A DNA stretch of 64,000 nucleotides from Camelus dromedarius (lineage: Eukaryota), in contig NC_087437.1 in the NCBI RefSeq assembly GCF_036321535.1, positions 14,758,001 through 14,822,000 on the forward strand, in the 5' to 3' direction. Below, in pieces: positions 48,494 to 61,834 of the stretch (positions within the stretch are counted from its first letter, which is position 1; the number at the start of each line of letters is the position of its first letter). A program made the position numbers and the translations under genes. The notes beneath the pieces were generated by a model that was not told the DNA's origin, ran no database searches, and saw nothing but the letters and a program-made list of their open reading frames with translations.

Positions 48494-50119
48494 AACCCTT
48501 CTATTATCAAAAGTTCAGTTACTGTATTCTTCAGATCTGTGACTTCTGTTTGGTACTTACATTTTCTATCTCTTTGTTGAAATTCTCTCCCTGTTCACTC
48601 ATTTTTCTCATGAGCTTGGTGAGCATCTTTATGATTGTTATTTTGAACTCTTTATCAGCTAAATCACCTATCTCTGTTGCATTATGGTCTTTTTTCTGTG
48701 GTTTTCACTTGTGCTTTTGTTTGAAACATATTCCCTTGTTCTTCCTCTTTCTTAACTCTCTGTGTTGGTTTCTCTGCATTTGGTAAAATGGTGGCCTCTC
48801 CTCATCTTGAAGGAGTGACCTTATGTAAATAAAACTCATTATTCAACTCTGCTCTAGCTCTTTGTTGTCCTTCAAACCTTTGTGATTTTCCAAGCAGCCT
48901 ACTTTATTCTTCAAGGCTCCCAGTATATGAGGATGTGCCAAGACCTGTCAGTGTCCCAGAGGGGAGGTTCTCAGTCAGCACCTAAGACTGAAGCTGTTTG
49001 GAAGTCAGACCCTCAGGAAGCAGCCTTTAAAGTACGCAAACACACCTTTTTCAGGGGAAGACTGGGAAAAGGGCATTTCTGTCTGCTCCCTCTGCACCGA
49101 GCCCTGGGATAACAGCCAGCTGAGAACTGTTTGCTACCATCCCAATGAACCTGTGAACACAAGTTCCGCTGACCACCAGAGCCAGGCAGTCAAGGGGTGT
49201 GTCCCCTTGGCGGTAGCCACAAACACTGGGGAACCAGACACACACACAGGCAGCTTTCTCAAAGACATCAGTAACCGGGGTGGGGCGGAGGGAGAGTGTG
49301 AAGATGGTGCCCACTCTGAGGTCTCTGGAGAGGCTTGTAGTCAGCCCTTAGGTGTGTGTTTAGTTAGAAGCCTCAGGCCACAGCTATGAAGACATGCTGA
49401 TGACCTCTTTCACAGACAGACTCGGGGTGTGTTTCAGTCTGCTGTCCTTGTGATGTGCCCTGGGCGTGGTAGCTGGTTAAAAACTATTTCTCTGTTTGTT
49501 ATCGTATGGGACCTGTGAATGTCAGTCCTGCTTGCCACCAGAACCGGGTGATCAAAGGGTGCCCCCTGGACAGCAGCCACAAAAACGTGGATGCCAGGTG
49601 TGCACACAAGTTCTTTCCATGAGACAGACACCAGTGACCTGGAGCAAGGCAGAGGGAGAGGTGGAAGATGGCTCCCACCAGCCTCTGCAGACTTTAGAAA
49701 GTATTTCAGGGGGCCCCTAGATGTGTGTTTAATTAGAAGCTTGCCCCTCAGGCTGCAGCAATGAAGATATGTACCAGATCTCTTTCACAGAAACAGGGGA
49801 TATTTCAGTCTGTTACCTGTCTGCTATGTCCTGGGGGTGACAGCTGGTTAAGAACACTTCCTCCATTTTTTACAGTCCTGTGGGACCCATGGGAAGAAGC
49901 CCCACTGGCTACCAGAGCCTGGTGACCAAGGGATGTCCTGTGAGTAGCAGCTGCAAAAATCAGGGCACCAGACAGGTGCACAAGCTCCTTTCTGGGAGAT
50001 ACCAGTGACCTGGAGCTAGGCAGAAAGAGAGCAAAGGTGTGGTGGCTCCTTTTCAGTGGTCCCCTCTTTGTGTGTTAAGTTAAATGCCTGCCCATGCCTG
50101 CCCCTCAGACTGAAGCTTT

Positions 50120-50234
50120 TTTTTTTTTTTCACTTGAGGTATAGTTGATATATGATACTATATAAGTTTCAGGTAGGTGTACAATATAGTGGTTCACAGT
50201 TTTAAAAGTTTATGTCCATTTATAATTATTATAA
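50120..50234 (-). mobile_element. Very short L1 3'-end insertion
   Basis: Poly(T) on +. TSD agactgaagcttt (50107-50119) / aggctgaagcttt (50235-50247). Confidence 0.8.
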
Positions 50235-50844
50235 AGGCTGAAGCTTTAAGATAAGCAGCTAAGCCTCTTTTGCAGAAAGACAGGCCATTTTCAGTCTACC
50301 TCTGCACTGGGATTGGTGATGGATGAGTCCACATGAGCCCTTCAGGAGCTGTTTCTCAGCTCACTGCAGCCTTGTGGGTCTCGGGGACACAAGCTCCATT
50401 GGCTGTCAAAGCTAGGTGTTTTGGGGGCTCGTCTCTCAAGTACAGGTCTTAAAAGTTGGGGTCTCAGATGTCAAATTCAAGCCCTTTGCTCCTTAGAGTG
50501 AAGCCCAGGGCTGCCAGTTCCCTTCTGACTGTGGGATGCCATGCGGGGGCGGGGCTTATGGTGAGAGAGTGCGCCTCACATTTCCCCTACCTGCTTAGAT
50601 ATGGTTTTCCCATTTGCCTGATATGTAGCAGTCACTTAGCTAGTTTTGAGCTTTCTTTCAGAGGAAATTATTCTGTTTGTAGTTGTAGAATCAGTGTGTC
50701 CATGAGAGGAGCTGAGTTCAAGATCCATGAACAGTGTCCTTTTGAACTGGAACACCCCTTACTCAACGTTGATTGAGTCTAGGTAGTAAGATCTGGAAGC
50801 TTGATCAAATGTGAGTTTAAATAATGGGGCTAGGGGAAGGGTAT

Positions 50845-51443
50845 TATTGGAGAGTAAGTTCTCATCTAGTCACAGAAAGAATTCAGAGAAGAGACATAGA
50901 GGTCAAGAAAGCAAAATGAGGGTTTATTAAAGGATTATACACTCTCAAGGATAGAGTGGGCAGACTCAGGTGAGTAGCTGCCCTGAGTTTCTTTGACAAG
51001 CTGGTTATATGGGGTGTAAAAATGAATGGGCAGAGTATTTATTGGGGATGGAGGAGTTTGGGGTCATATTTCCTGATTTTCATCCCAGCTCCACCTTCCG
51101 GAAGGGAAGAGGGATTTTTTTGTTGTTGTTCTTATTTAGTCTTGTTTGGAAGTGTCATGGCATTGGTGCTTAATCTTATCTTATCTCCCAGGCTACTTTT
51201 ATTGTAATAAGGGCATAACGAGCCAAAGGTTACATTCAGATACTGGAGATTCCCACCTTTTCTCACCTTTGTCTGCCTCTAGGACCCTGTCATCTCAAGA
51301 TATATGGCTTCCTGTCAGTCTCAAAGTTGCTGCTTCTCTTTGTCTGCCCAAGGGCCTCTGTTGTTCACAAGATACATGGTTTCTTGCCACCTGGCCCATG
51401 CCCCCCTTCTCTGCTCGTGTCTAGCTGCCTGCCTGCTCTAACA
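50845..51443 (-). mobile_element. Probable solo ERV LTR (~600 bp)
   Basis: Right end ...ctctaaca (TGTTAG start on -), AATAAA on - at ~50923-50928, TATA-like ccatataacc on - at ~51005. No clear TSD. Confidence 0.6.
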
Positions 51444-51974
51444 AGAGCACTTCATACTGTCTTCTGCTTCTCATTGCATCACACCAGGAGGCATGTCTGG
51501 TGGTCTTGCGTGGTCAGTGAGGTCAGGCATCATCCGCTTGATCCATCAGTAGAACATTCCCCATTTGCTTAGACCTGTAATTTCATTCAGTTGTAAGATG
51601 GCTTGCTTCTGTCCTGTCCTCTGCACTTATTGCCTGGAATTATTCTAAAGCATTTTTCCTCAGCTGACAGGTCATCCTGAAATGCAGTTCATACTGACAG
51701 GAGAATTGCTTAATTCTCTCTTTTCGTTTATTAGTTTCCATTGCTTTAAAAGTTTTCTTCAACATTCTTTAATGGTTTGAAAAAGCCTCAACAAACATCT
51801 GTACCGTGGCTTTTCTTCCCATGAGTACCTCACACATTTAAAACACGTGATACTTTTAATCACAGAATCCCCAATGCTACACAAGCATGAGATGGCGCTG
51901 CCAAAAGGCTGCTCCTCCTCTTAGTAGAAAAACAGAGCTGAGGGTGTTGCTTGTTGACAGACCGAGATGGAAAA

Positions 51975-52137
51975 GTGGGGGTCAGCTCACTATGGCCCAC
52001 TGCCTATTTTTGCACGGCTTTGAGCTAAGAATATTTTTACATTTTAAAGAATTGGAGGAAAAATGCCGCAGACCAGCCAATGAAGCTCAACACATTTACT
52101 CTCTGCGCTTCTACAGAGCGAGTTTGCCAACCCCTGA
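51975..52137. mobile_element. MER58-like hAT element
   Basis: Ends ggggtcagc... and ...tttgccaacccctg. Internal 'tgagctaagaat'. Confidence 0.65.
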
Positions 52138-52868
52138 CGTAAAGCAACATGTACGAAAGCACCTCCGAGTGAGAGGCTTCTCTGTGAAAAGGTAGGTTTG
52201 GGTTAGAGTGGTGGCTTGTGTCTTTCTGGGTGAGAAGTCACAGATCTGAGCTCTTTCTCACAGTTCTGGGGGCTAGAAGTCTAAGGTCGAAGTGCTGGCC
52301 GGGGCTTCTGGAAAGGCTCCCGACGCGCCGACAGCTGCTCGTGTCCTCACGCGGTGCTTCCTTCCCTGTGCCAGGAACTCCTGGTCTCTCCTTGTGACGT
52401 CACCTGTTCTGCCAAATTAGGACCCCACCCATAGGACCTCCTCTAACCGCAACCACCTCCTTGTGAGGTCCGCAGCTGTGAACTAGCTCAAAGCAGGACA
52501 GTCTGCAGGACAGGGGTACCCCTTCCTCTGTTTAGAGGAAAACATGATGACAACGTCAGCGGTTTGGTGTCCAGGTTAATCCATCACCATTTGAGTTTGC
52601 CTTTCAAAAACTCACTAGGAATTGAACAGTCTGCATCAAAATTACAGTCCTACCTTATCTGTCCCTTAAACAAAATGAGGTAGCTTTATATTTGGAAAAT
52701 TATGGCAATGCACACAGTATTTGGTGGTTAGGTTTAGATTAATAAAGGCTAATGCAATTATGTAGTTCCTTATTTTTTTTTAACCCCCTAGAAACAATAT
52801 TGCACATAAACAGCAAACACCAGAAACGTAACTAGAAATGTGCTTTTTAGGCTACGTTTTACAAATCT

Positions 52869-52910
52869 TTTATTGCTTCAATAAGAGAATAGATACCAGA
52901 ATGTTTTATT
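52869..52910 (-). terminator. TOPBP1: Candidate TOPBP1 poly(A) signals (AATAAA at 52905-52910 and 52869-52874 on -)
   Basis: Two TTTATT on +, ~650-690 nt past the stop codon. The - strand is GT/T-rich further downstream. Confidence 0.65.
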
Positions 52911-53557
52911 TCTTTTTAAAAACTTATTTGAACTTATCTACTTTGAGTCACTACTTTATTCTTCATTGTTTTTATTTTCCAAGTTTTAGTGCCCAAACTT
53001 GGCAGACATCATAGAGAAGTTTGTACAAACATGCATATACATATATACACACACATTTAAGTTTAAAGCCTCAGTTCCTCATTAAACCTTGTGCTCAGGT
53101 TCCTGTTAAAAAGAGGTAAAATGGTGATGAGAAGATAGAAATCAGGGGAAAAAAAACGAATAAATCCCAATTGACAACTTCCTTGCTATGAATTAAAGCA
53201 GACATTGTAAGGCAAAATCCATCACCTTGCTAAAACGTCCACTAAGCTACAGACCCAGATACGTACAAGAAAATAAATAAACAAAGAGCCCCTTACACAC
53301 GGCAAAGTGGTTTAACGGCACGCTAGCTGAGGGGCTGTGTTTTGTTGTTATTTCAGGTAACTTTCCATTCAGGGACAGTTAGTATTTCAGTGATTAAAGT
53401 TTCAGGTGTTAAAAACACACTTCAAGCAGGGCCACTGTTGTTACACTGAAGCCGAATCCTTCAGGTTCTTGCCTTTAAAGCACTGTACAAACCCATCACA
53501 GTAACATCCAGGGTACTAAATTAAAAACATTTAATGCTGGTAACTGAGTAAATGCGA

Positions 53558-53701
53558 TCACTGCACTCTAGGTCGTTTGATTTTATTTTTCTCTGTGGGA
53601 GCTTTCCTCTTTTGTGAGGATCCAGGCCCAGGTTCCTTATTGTTCTGAAGAAGTGAGACAGCTTCTGGTAGACAATAATTTTCTACTTGAGGAGGGGATT
53701 C
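53558..53701 (-). CDS. TOPBP1: TOPBP1 last coding exon (ESPPQVENYCLPEAVSLLQNNKEPGPGSSQKRKAPTEKNKIKRPRVQ*)
   Basis: Acceptor cttttacag|, 144 nt, TGA stop. Matches the TOPBP1 C-terminus with its basic NLS-like tail. Confidence 0.96.
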   Translation of the reverse strand, partial: ESPPQVENYCLPEAVSLLQNNKEPGPGSSQKRKAPTEKNKIKRPRVQ

Positions 53702-54929
53702 CTGTAAAAGGGAGAAAAGTTTTTTCAGATTTCAAACTGTTCATCAGGTTATAGATTCCTTTACTCTGCTTTATGACCAGAAAAACTTAAACATTTTTCT
53801 TTCAAGGTAGCAATTTAACACTTGTCACCTTTGGTGAACAGATCCTGTGTGACAAAATTTCAGCTTTTATAAAAAAAATAAGTTTTAAGCTCAGGCAGAG
53901 TGGGGCCAGCTCAGGTCTTAATGGTTTAATCTGTATAGATTAAATACTGAATATGGAAACTACAGTAAAATACAGTTAATAGTTATCATTTAAGTGTGAG
54001 AAGTTATGCTTAGTATAAATTTTTGAAAATTTTTACTTAATTTTTACAATAAACATGTGAGATAGGTTTTTTATTCTCCATTTCATTGATAAAAAAGGTT
54101 AAATAACACAATGTTACCTACCTAACAGGTGGCAAAGCCAGAATTCATACACTTCTCCACTTAAGTCTGAAACCTTTGCATTTTTCTTCCTTATAACCTT
54201 ATTACCAACGTTGAAATAAGGACCTTTTCTCTTATTAAAAGTATAATAAAACTTAATCTTCTGGCAACATGGCAGACTACATAACATGAAAATGAATCAC
54301 CACAAAATAATGGGTAGTTGCCTTTTGATTTAACTCTTCTACAGATAACAAGTATAAAGTCCAACCAAAATATATTAAAAGCAACTACTATAAGGTTTTG
54401 TAGAAGAAACAAAATCAGGCAAATACTTGAGGGGAGTTGACAGCTGGAAAGAGAGGAATGGAAGAGGGTGAATTCCTCTTTTCATTTTTTATGTCTTTCA
54501 GCCTGAGGAGAAGCCCCGCTGGGTCATGCTGACTGGCTAAAACTCTAATAGGAAACCTTGAAGAACCACAGGACAGAATGGCAACCAGAGCACTAGAGAA
54601 TGACGTGGGAGATCCCAGAAAGTGGGAGGGCAGAACCCCAAACTCTGTGTTATAAATGCTGATCAAATCCTCGCTTGACGCTGAGTCATGTATGTGCAAA
54701 GCAACTCAGAGCAAAGCTCCAGGAACCAAGCGGAGGTTTGAGCTGCCACTCACGGCAGGAGCTCAGCCAAGTAAACTGCCAGCTAAACAGATGGCGTGGT
54801 ACTCTTCAGAGGAACACCACAGAATCTAGTTTCTACAGCTGATTCCCAATGTGCAGGATACATCCAAAATTATTACACACATGAAGAAGCAGACTATGAT
54901 CTACTCTCAGTAAAACAATCACCTCCAAA

Positions 54930-56130
54930 ATGGAAATACTGAAAATTACAAACTGTTCATGAAAGGAATCAAAGACAACCCAAACAGAGATGAGCTGTGT
55001 TCAAGGACTGAAAGACTTAACACAGTAAAGATGTAAATCACTCAAACTGATTAATGCAATCCTATCGAAATCACAGCAAGGTGTTTTTTTAGACAAACAA
55101 GCTTATCTAAAAATTTACAAATAAAGGTACAGGCAAAAAAAAAAAATATATATAGAGAGAGAGGCCCTAGAATAGCAACAATATTGACAAAGAGGAATAA
55201 ATAGGAAGGGATCACTACCCAGTATTAGGGCTTATTATATACATAGTGATTAAGACAGTCTTGCAGAAGGAAAGACACACACAGATCAGTGGAACATAAC
55301 AGAGAATTCAGAAACAGACCCACACAAAATGCCCAACTGAATTTTGACAAACGTGCAAATGCAACTAAATGGAGGATACTTCTTTTAAGAAATGGTGCTG
55401 GAGCAACTGGACACGCCATAGCAATCAAACAAACAAACAAACAAAAAACCCTAACACCCACAACCCCAAATTTTGACCTAAACCTTACACTTTTTGTGAA
55501 AATTAGCTCAAAATGGATCATAGACATACAATGTAAAAACTATAAAACATTTTTAAAAACTGTTCTGCAAAAAGCCCTGATAAGAGGATAAAGGTAAATG
55601 GATAAATAGATAAGCCACAGACTGAGAGAAAATACGCACAAATACACATCCAACAGAGGACTGGCATCTGAAACACCTGTCAAGGCTCAATGGTAAAAAA
55701 AAAAAAACAATTAAATTAGAAAATGGGGCAAAAGACATGAACATTTATTTCAGTGAAGAGCGGATATAAACATGGCAAAGAAGCACACAAAAAGATGTTC
55801 ACTTTGATTAGCCGTGAGGGAAATGCAAGTCAAAACCACAAGAGAGATCATTATACACCAACTGAAATGGCTAAAATGAAAAACAACTAAATGCTGATGA
55901 GGACAGAGAAACTGGATCCACTCATGGTAGGAATGTAGAAATATGACCACTCTGGAAACACGCACTTGGGCATTCATCCCGGTGCAGTGAAATCTTAACA
56001 TTCACATATAAACTGTACACAAATGTTCACAGCAGCTTTAATCATAGCTCCAAGCTGGAAACAACCCAAATGTCCTTCAATAGGTTAACGATTAAACTAA
56101 CTGTGGTACATCTGTACTGCTCAGCAATAT
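54930..56130 (+). mobile_element. Old L1 ORF2/3' remnant in the last TOPBP1 intron
   Basis: L1 motifs 'caactgaattttgacaaa', 'aattagctcaaaatggatcatagac', 'ctggaaacaacccaaatgtccttcaa'. Confidence 0.8.
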
Positions 56131-57772
56131 ATACACAGACCTTCATGACAGTGTATCGTTTTAAATTTCAGAAAACTGGGGACAAAAAGAACTTCCTACT
56201 AGTTTACAGTTACATATAAAGGATTATGAATCAAAATGGCTTTGGACTACTTAACAGCAATACTAGAAGCAAGGAGACAAGCAATCAAAAAGTCTAACAG
56301 AAAGCAGATTTCAACCTAGAATTTGATGCCAGGCCAAACTTCAGTCAAATGTGAGCACAGAAAAAAGAATTTTCACACATAGAAAGTCGTAAGCAATTTA
56401 CCTCCCATGTGTTCTTTCTCAAGTTACTAGACAAGACCTCCATCAACATGAGAGAGTGTATCAGGATGACACGGGACTCAGAAACAGGAGACCCAACAGA
56501 GAAAAGAGACAAAGGATGATGAATGGAGCTCCTGGGATGACGGCAGTGCACAGAAGTAGACAAAGGGTGATCAACCAGATTGCACCAATGTGACCGAAGA
56601 CACGCTGAAGGCCATCATCACCAAGATCCCTGCAGCCACCGCATCTAGTTTTTAACCTGAAGTGAGAACACGAGGGTGAGCCTATCTCAGAGTCTTACCT
56701 ATGCCTGGTTTATCTTGGCCATGAATTTGACATGAAGCTGCTGCTCTCCCCTCCTGAGCCTACTGCCTCACCCTACAGGACTGTTCTGTTTTGACCTATT
56801 CACAGGAGCAAGGGACAGGCAATCATGAACTCAGATGCAGAAATACAGAGCAGCTCACTCCCCCTATACGTTTCTCCAGACATTTAGTACCTGACGCACT
56901 TTACAACCCTGAGAAAGGCAAGGACACGAATAACCAAAAGTCAGCCAGTGATTGCTTCTGGTGGGGAAGGAGGGAGACGCAAGCGGGGAGGAGCAGCGGG
57001 GGGCTCCTATGGGACTCTCAATCTTCTATTTCTTACCCTGGGCACTGGGATGACATTTTGCTGTTCTTTAACCAGGATGTATGTTCTACACACTCTTTTA
57101 TATGTACAGGAAAAAATGACAGCACTTGTACAAACACTTAGCACTGCACAGTTTAGGTGACTATTCTGTAGTGGTTCTCATCTTAGATGCACCCGATCAG
57201 GAACTTCAGGAGGGATGAGGTACATACAGGAGGGTCCTCCACACTCCCCCAACCCCTGCCCTTTCCAAATGGGTAGAATTTTAAAACCTCACATGTCTTA
57301 ACAAATTGAGATTTTTTAAGAAGTTATGTAGGTGTTCAAGGAGAGCTAGTACTGGCTAACTAATTCCTGGTCGGTATGAATCCCACTGCTTTAGGACAGA
57401 GGCTTCCTGTTGATGTTTCAGGCATTCCTTCTGTTAAACCCTGACCTGCTTCCAAACCCAAGCAGCAATGATCACAAAACAGGTGGGTTGTGGCTTCCCC
57501 CTATTTCTACACTATTCTGCTTCAAATCCTTTGTGGTAAGACATTTACAACCACATGCCATACTTTGCTGATTCCTGCTGGCATTTAGGCACTCTTGTGT
57601 CAGGAAGATTTTTCTTTGCCCACACAAATCACCCAACACAGGCCAATTCTGAACCGGAGTGTAGTGAGCCCTCCAGGGAGCAAACGCTTGAGGGTTTTGT
57701 TGTGTAGTTCTGTCTCTACGCAGAGAAGCACATCTTTGGTCATGAGGAGGTCAAGGATAGGATCCTACAAAC

Positions 57773-57934
57773 CTGCATAAGATAATCAGCAATGTACTCT
57801 GTTTTCAAGCAATGCACGTTCTGGGCAGCAGCTTCTGCTATATTTACTCCTGAGTCACCTTGTTTCAGTTTATTAAAGTCAGAAAAGAGATGTGTAGCTT
57901 CTTTAAATAAAGATACAGAATGACCAGGTAGCAC
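57773..57934 (-). CDS. TOPBP1: TOPBP1 penultimate coding exon ([20 protein letters not shown]...[10 protein letters not shown]), BRCT8
   Basis: Acceptor tttttcccttag|, donor CAG|gtttgt. 162 nt, phase 0/0. Confidence 0.96.
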
Positions 57935-58110
57935 CTAAGGGAAAAACAAGAAGCATCACAATCTATCAGTTCCTGAAGTCGTCCAACTGTATAATCTATA
58001 CGTGAGGATTACCATCTCACAAAACGCAGAAGAGAATCAAAAACTGATCACAGTAACCCTGGTTAGAAATAATCCTTATAAAAAATTCAGTAAGTTGATT
58101 TAATACAAAC

Positions 58111-58200
58111 CTTTGCTCCTCCTGACTGAAGAAGGCGTTTGAATCCTGCTTCTCGGGACTGATCAACATGTAAAATAACCTTCCATCCACTAAATGCCCC
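58111..58200 (-). CDS. TOPBP1: TOPBP1 coding exon ([30 protein letters not shown]), start of BRCT8
   Basis: Acceptor tttgtag|, donor AAG|gtttgt. 90 nt, phase 0/0. Confidence 0.96.
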
Positions 58201-58654
58201 CTACAAATAAACATAATCAGTGTTGAAATTATTTGGAAAATAAATGACAAAATAATACAAATAATACATTTCATCTGCAGACTTAGTTTTATGTCAATGA
58301 ATAATCTTATAACCTTTACTTCTGAGGAACACAGTAACTGTTTTGATCAGAATACTTTGAAACACACAGCCATGGTGCACAGCACATAGTAGGTCATCAA
58401 TAAATACTTGAAGAATGAAGGAAAATGATTTTATGGTTAGGTAACATTAAAGCAACTTGACATTTGTGTAGCCTTTTTTAGTATTTTTTTCTTACAATTA
58501 ATCAAGAGTAGAGCCTAAATAACAGTAGATTAGATAGAATCTCCATTGTATTTCTCTTGAAAGTGCAAACTGGAAACATGAAAGAGAATCAAGGCTAAAA
58601 AGGACCTGGAGACAGCAGAGAACTCAGAATACAACACAAAAGACAATATAACTT

Positions 58655-59550
58655 GGGTTCTTAACCTTTTTGTGAGCCATGGACCCCTTCAGCAGTCTAG
58701 TGAAACCTATGGCTCTGTCCTCTAAGTAATTTTTTAAAAATAACAGTTTTATTGAGATGGAATTTCCATACCACATGAATTTTTTTAATGTTCAAAATGA
58801 CGTATAAAGTATTACGAAGGAAACCATTTATTGAAAATTATCAAAATGTTTAAAAAATTATGACATAACAGATGTGCTTCTATATTAAACCCATCATAAG
58901 TCGAAAATATCATTTAGTCAAAAATGCATTTAATATACCTAACCTATCAAATACCATTGCTTAGAGCAGCCCAGCTTAAACCCGCTCAGAACACTTACAT
59001 TAACCTATGGCTGGGCAAAATCATCGAACACAAAGCCTATTTTATAACAAAGGGCTGACTAGCTCATGTAATTTACTGAACGCCTTACTGAAAGGGAAAG
59101 CCAGAATGACTGTGAGTGTCCTGCGGCTCACTGCCGCTGCCCAGCGTCACGAGAGAGGGCTGTGCTGCGTGTCGCTAGCCTGGGAAAAGTTCAAAATCAA
59201 AATACAAGATTCAAAGTACGGTTTCTACTGAATGTGTACCACTTTTGCACCATCGTCAAGTTGAACCATCACAAGCTGGGGACATCTGTGTGTACTATAA
59301 TTTTAAAGTAGTGATGAACAATGTTTCAAGATACTTACAACTGTTAACACAAGCAAAAATATCTGATTTCCATGGGGCAGAGTCACAGATCTTGTTAATA
59401 GTGTTGTGGTTTGTTGCCTCGACTTATAATGAAAGAAATGTGAACTTTCAATTAGAAGTTAGTAAAAATAAGGATGTATTTTTTTCTTTCTTGAATTTGA
59501 TCTATAAACTTTGGGAGAGTCGGTGGACCTCAAGCTGAGAACCCCTGGAG
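58655..59550. mobile_element. hAT-Charlie-like element with a nested MER47-like Tigger element (~58885-59290)
   Basis: Outer ends gggttcttaacc... and ...gagaacccctg. Inner MER47-like 'aaacccatcataagtcgaaaatatc...ctcagaacacttacatta...ggggacatctg'. Confidence 0.7.
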
Positions 59551-59789
59551 ATAGATGCTAAAGAGATTCTTTGGAAGAAATATAGTATGGGTCACATTTT
59601 ACAGATATAAATGATTTTTAAAAGAACGACCAACATTATATATATATACCTTACTGTCGACCACAATTAGAAGAATTAGGAATTAACACTAAGCTGAATT
59701 TCGGATGCCCAAACTAAGTATATCAACCAAGGGATAAAAAATAGAATTATTATTTTGTCAAGCATATTTTCTTAAAAAAGTTTACAATT

Positions 59790-59880
59790 TGGAGAAGACT
59801 GCCAGTCAAGATGGCAGGACCATGAGCTCACCTCTCCTCACAACCACAACAAAACCACAACTGACTGCTAAACAACCATC

Positions 59881-59911
<31 letters not shown>

Positions 59912-61830
59912 CTGGAACCTAGCAAAAATGATCTTTTTCAACTGGAAACATAAAGGGAACCACAGTGGGACGGTAGGAGGTGTGTGCATGTGATATAATT
60001 GGGCCCCATACCCGCCAGGTGAGTGACCCACAAGCTGAAGAACAAGTTGCAAGGCCCTCCCACAGGAGTAAGAGTTGTGAGCCCCATCTCAGGCTCCCCA
60101 GGCCATGGTTCCACCATTGGGAGGAGGAGGAGACCCCAGGACATCTGGTTTTGAAGGCCAGTGGGGCTTAACTACAGGAGCCCCATGGGACTGGGGGAAA
60201 CAGAGACTTCACTCTCTTGGGAAGCGTACACAGAATCTTGTGTGTGCCAGGTCCAAGGGCAGAGGCAGTAATTTCACAGGAACCTGGGCCAGGCCTGCCT
60301 GCTGGTTTTGGAGGGTCTCCTGGGGAGGTAGGAGATGGCTGTGCCTCACTCAGGGGACATAAAAACTGGTGGTGGACACTTCAGGAGTGTTCATATACAC
60401 AAGCTTTCCTGGAGGCTGACATCTTGATTAGATCATCAGCAGGAAGGCCTAGCTCCATCCAACAGCCTGTAGGCTTAAGGGCTGGGAAGCCTCAGGCCAA
60501 ACAACATACTGGGTGGGAACACAGCCCAACCTGTCAGCAGACTTCCTGAGCCACAAACACCTCTAGATATGGCCCTACCCACCAGAGGTTCAGGACCAAA
60601 CTCTACCCAGCAGTGGGCAGTCACCAACTCCTCCTGCCAGAAAACCTGAATAAGCCTCTAGTCCAGCCTCACCCACAAGGGGCAGATACCAGAAATAAGA
60701 AAGCAACAATCCCAAAGCCTGTGGAAGGAATCCACAAACACAGGCCAGACTCTACACTGGGACCAGCTGGACCCTGGCCCTTGGGTGACAAGAGAGGAGT
60801 GTACTGATGGGACGCATAGGACCCCTCCCACAGAGAGCCACCTCTCCAAGGTCAAGAAACGTAACTAACCAACCTAAAAATACAAATAGAAAGACAGACA
60901 ATATGAGGCCTCAGAGGAGTATCTCCCAGGCCAAGGCACAAGATAAAATCCAGAAGAAATAAATGATGAGGAGATAGGCAATTTATCTGAGAAAGAGTTT
61001 AAAGTAATGATGGCAAAGATGTTCAGAGAACTCAAGAGAAATACAGACGCACAGAGTGAAGTTTTTAGCAAAGAGCTGGAAAATATAAAGAATACCCAAA
61101 CAGTGTTGAAGAATAAAACTGAAATGAAAAATACACTAGAAGGAACCAAGAATAGATTAAATGAGGCATAAGAATGGATCAGTGAGCTAGATTAGAGGAA
61201 ATACTATTGCAGAACAGAAAAAAAGAAAAAAGGTTAAAGAAATGAGGATAGTTTAAGAGAACTCTGGGACAACATGAAGCAGTAATATTTGCATTATAGG
61301 GGTCCCAGAAAGAGGAAAGAGAAAGGACCTGAGAAAATTTTTGAAAAGATAACTGAAAACGTCTCCAACCTGGGAAAGGAAATGGTTACCCAAGTCCAGG
61401 AAGCACAGAGAGTTCTACACAGGATCAACTAAACAGGGGAACACACCAAGGCTCACAGTAATCAAACTGACAAAAATTAAGGATAAGGAGAAAATATTAA
61501 AATCAGCAAGAGAAAAGCAACAAATAACATACAAGGGAACTCCCATTAGGTTATCAGCTGATTTTTCAGTAGAAACTCTAGAGGCTGGAAGGGAGTGGCA
61601 AGATATATTTAAAGTGATAAAAGGGCAAAACTTACAACCAAGAATATTCTAGCCAGGAAGGCTCTCATTCAGATTTGATGGAAAAATCTAACGCTTCACA
61701 GATAAACAAAAGCTAAAAGAATTCAGTACCACCAAACCTGCTTTATAACAAATGTTAAAGGAACTTCTCTAGTCATCAAACCACAAGAAAAGAGAACATA
61801 AAGAAAAAAGAAAAAAGAAAAAAAAAAACC
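59790..61830 (+). mobile_element. L1 5' UTR plus disrupted ORF1, antisense within a TOPBP1 intron
   Basis: 5' motif 'tcaagatggc'. ORF1 remnants from ~60903 to the TAG at ~61772, with frameshifts and stops. A-rich tract follows. Confidence 0.85.
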
Positions 61831-61834
61831 CACA

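Larger units (their letters stand above)
43618..50757 (-). mobile_element. Long, internally deleted L1 (3' UTR, ORF2, ORF1 remnants, repetitive 5' region) with nested insertions
   Basis: ORF2-like translations ([50 protein letters not shown]), ORF1 remnants at ~47700-48800, and a 5'-end-like motif at ~50700-50757. Confidence 0.88.

Noticed and set aside
49050..50310. Long periodic repeats as a CRISPR-like or satellite array
   Set aside because: The units are ~360 bp and diverged, with no repeat-spacer structure, and they sit inside an L1 in eukaryotic DNA.
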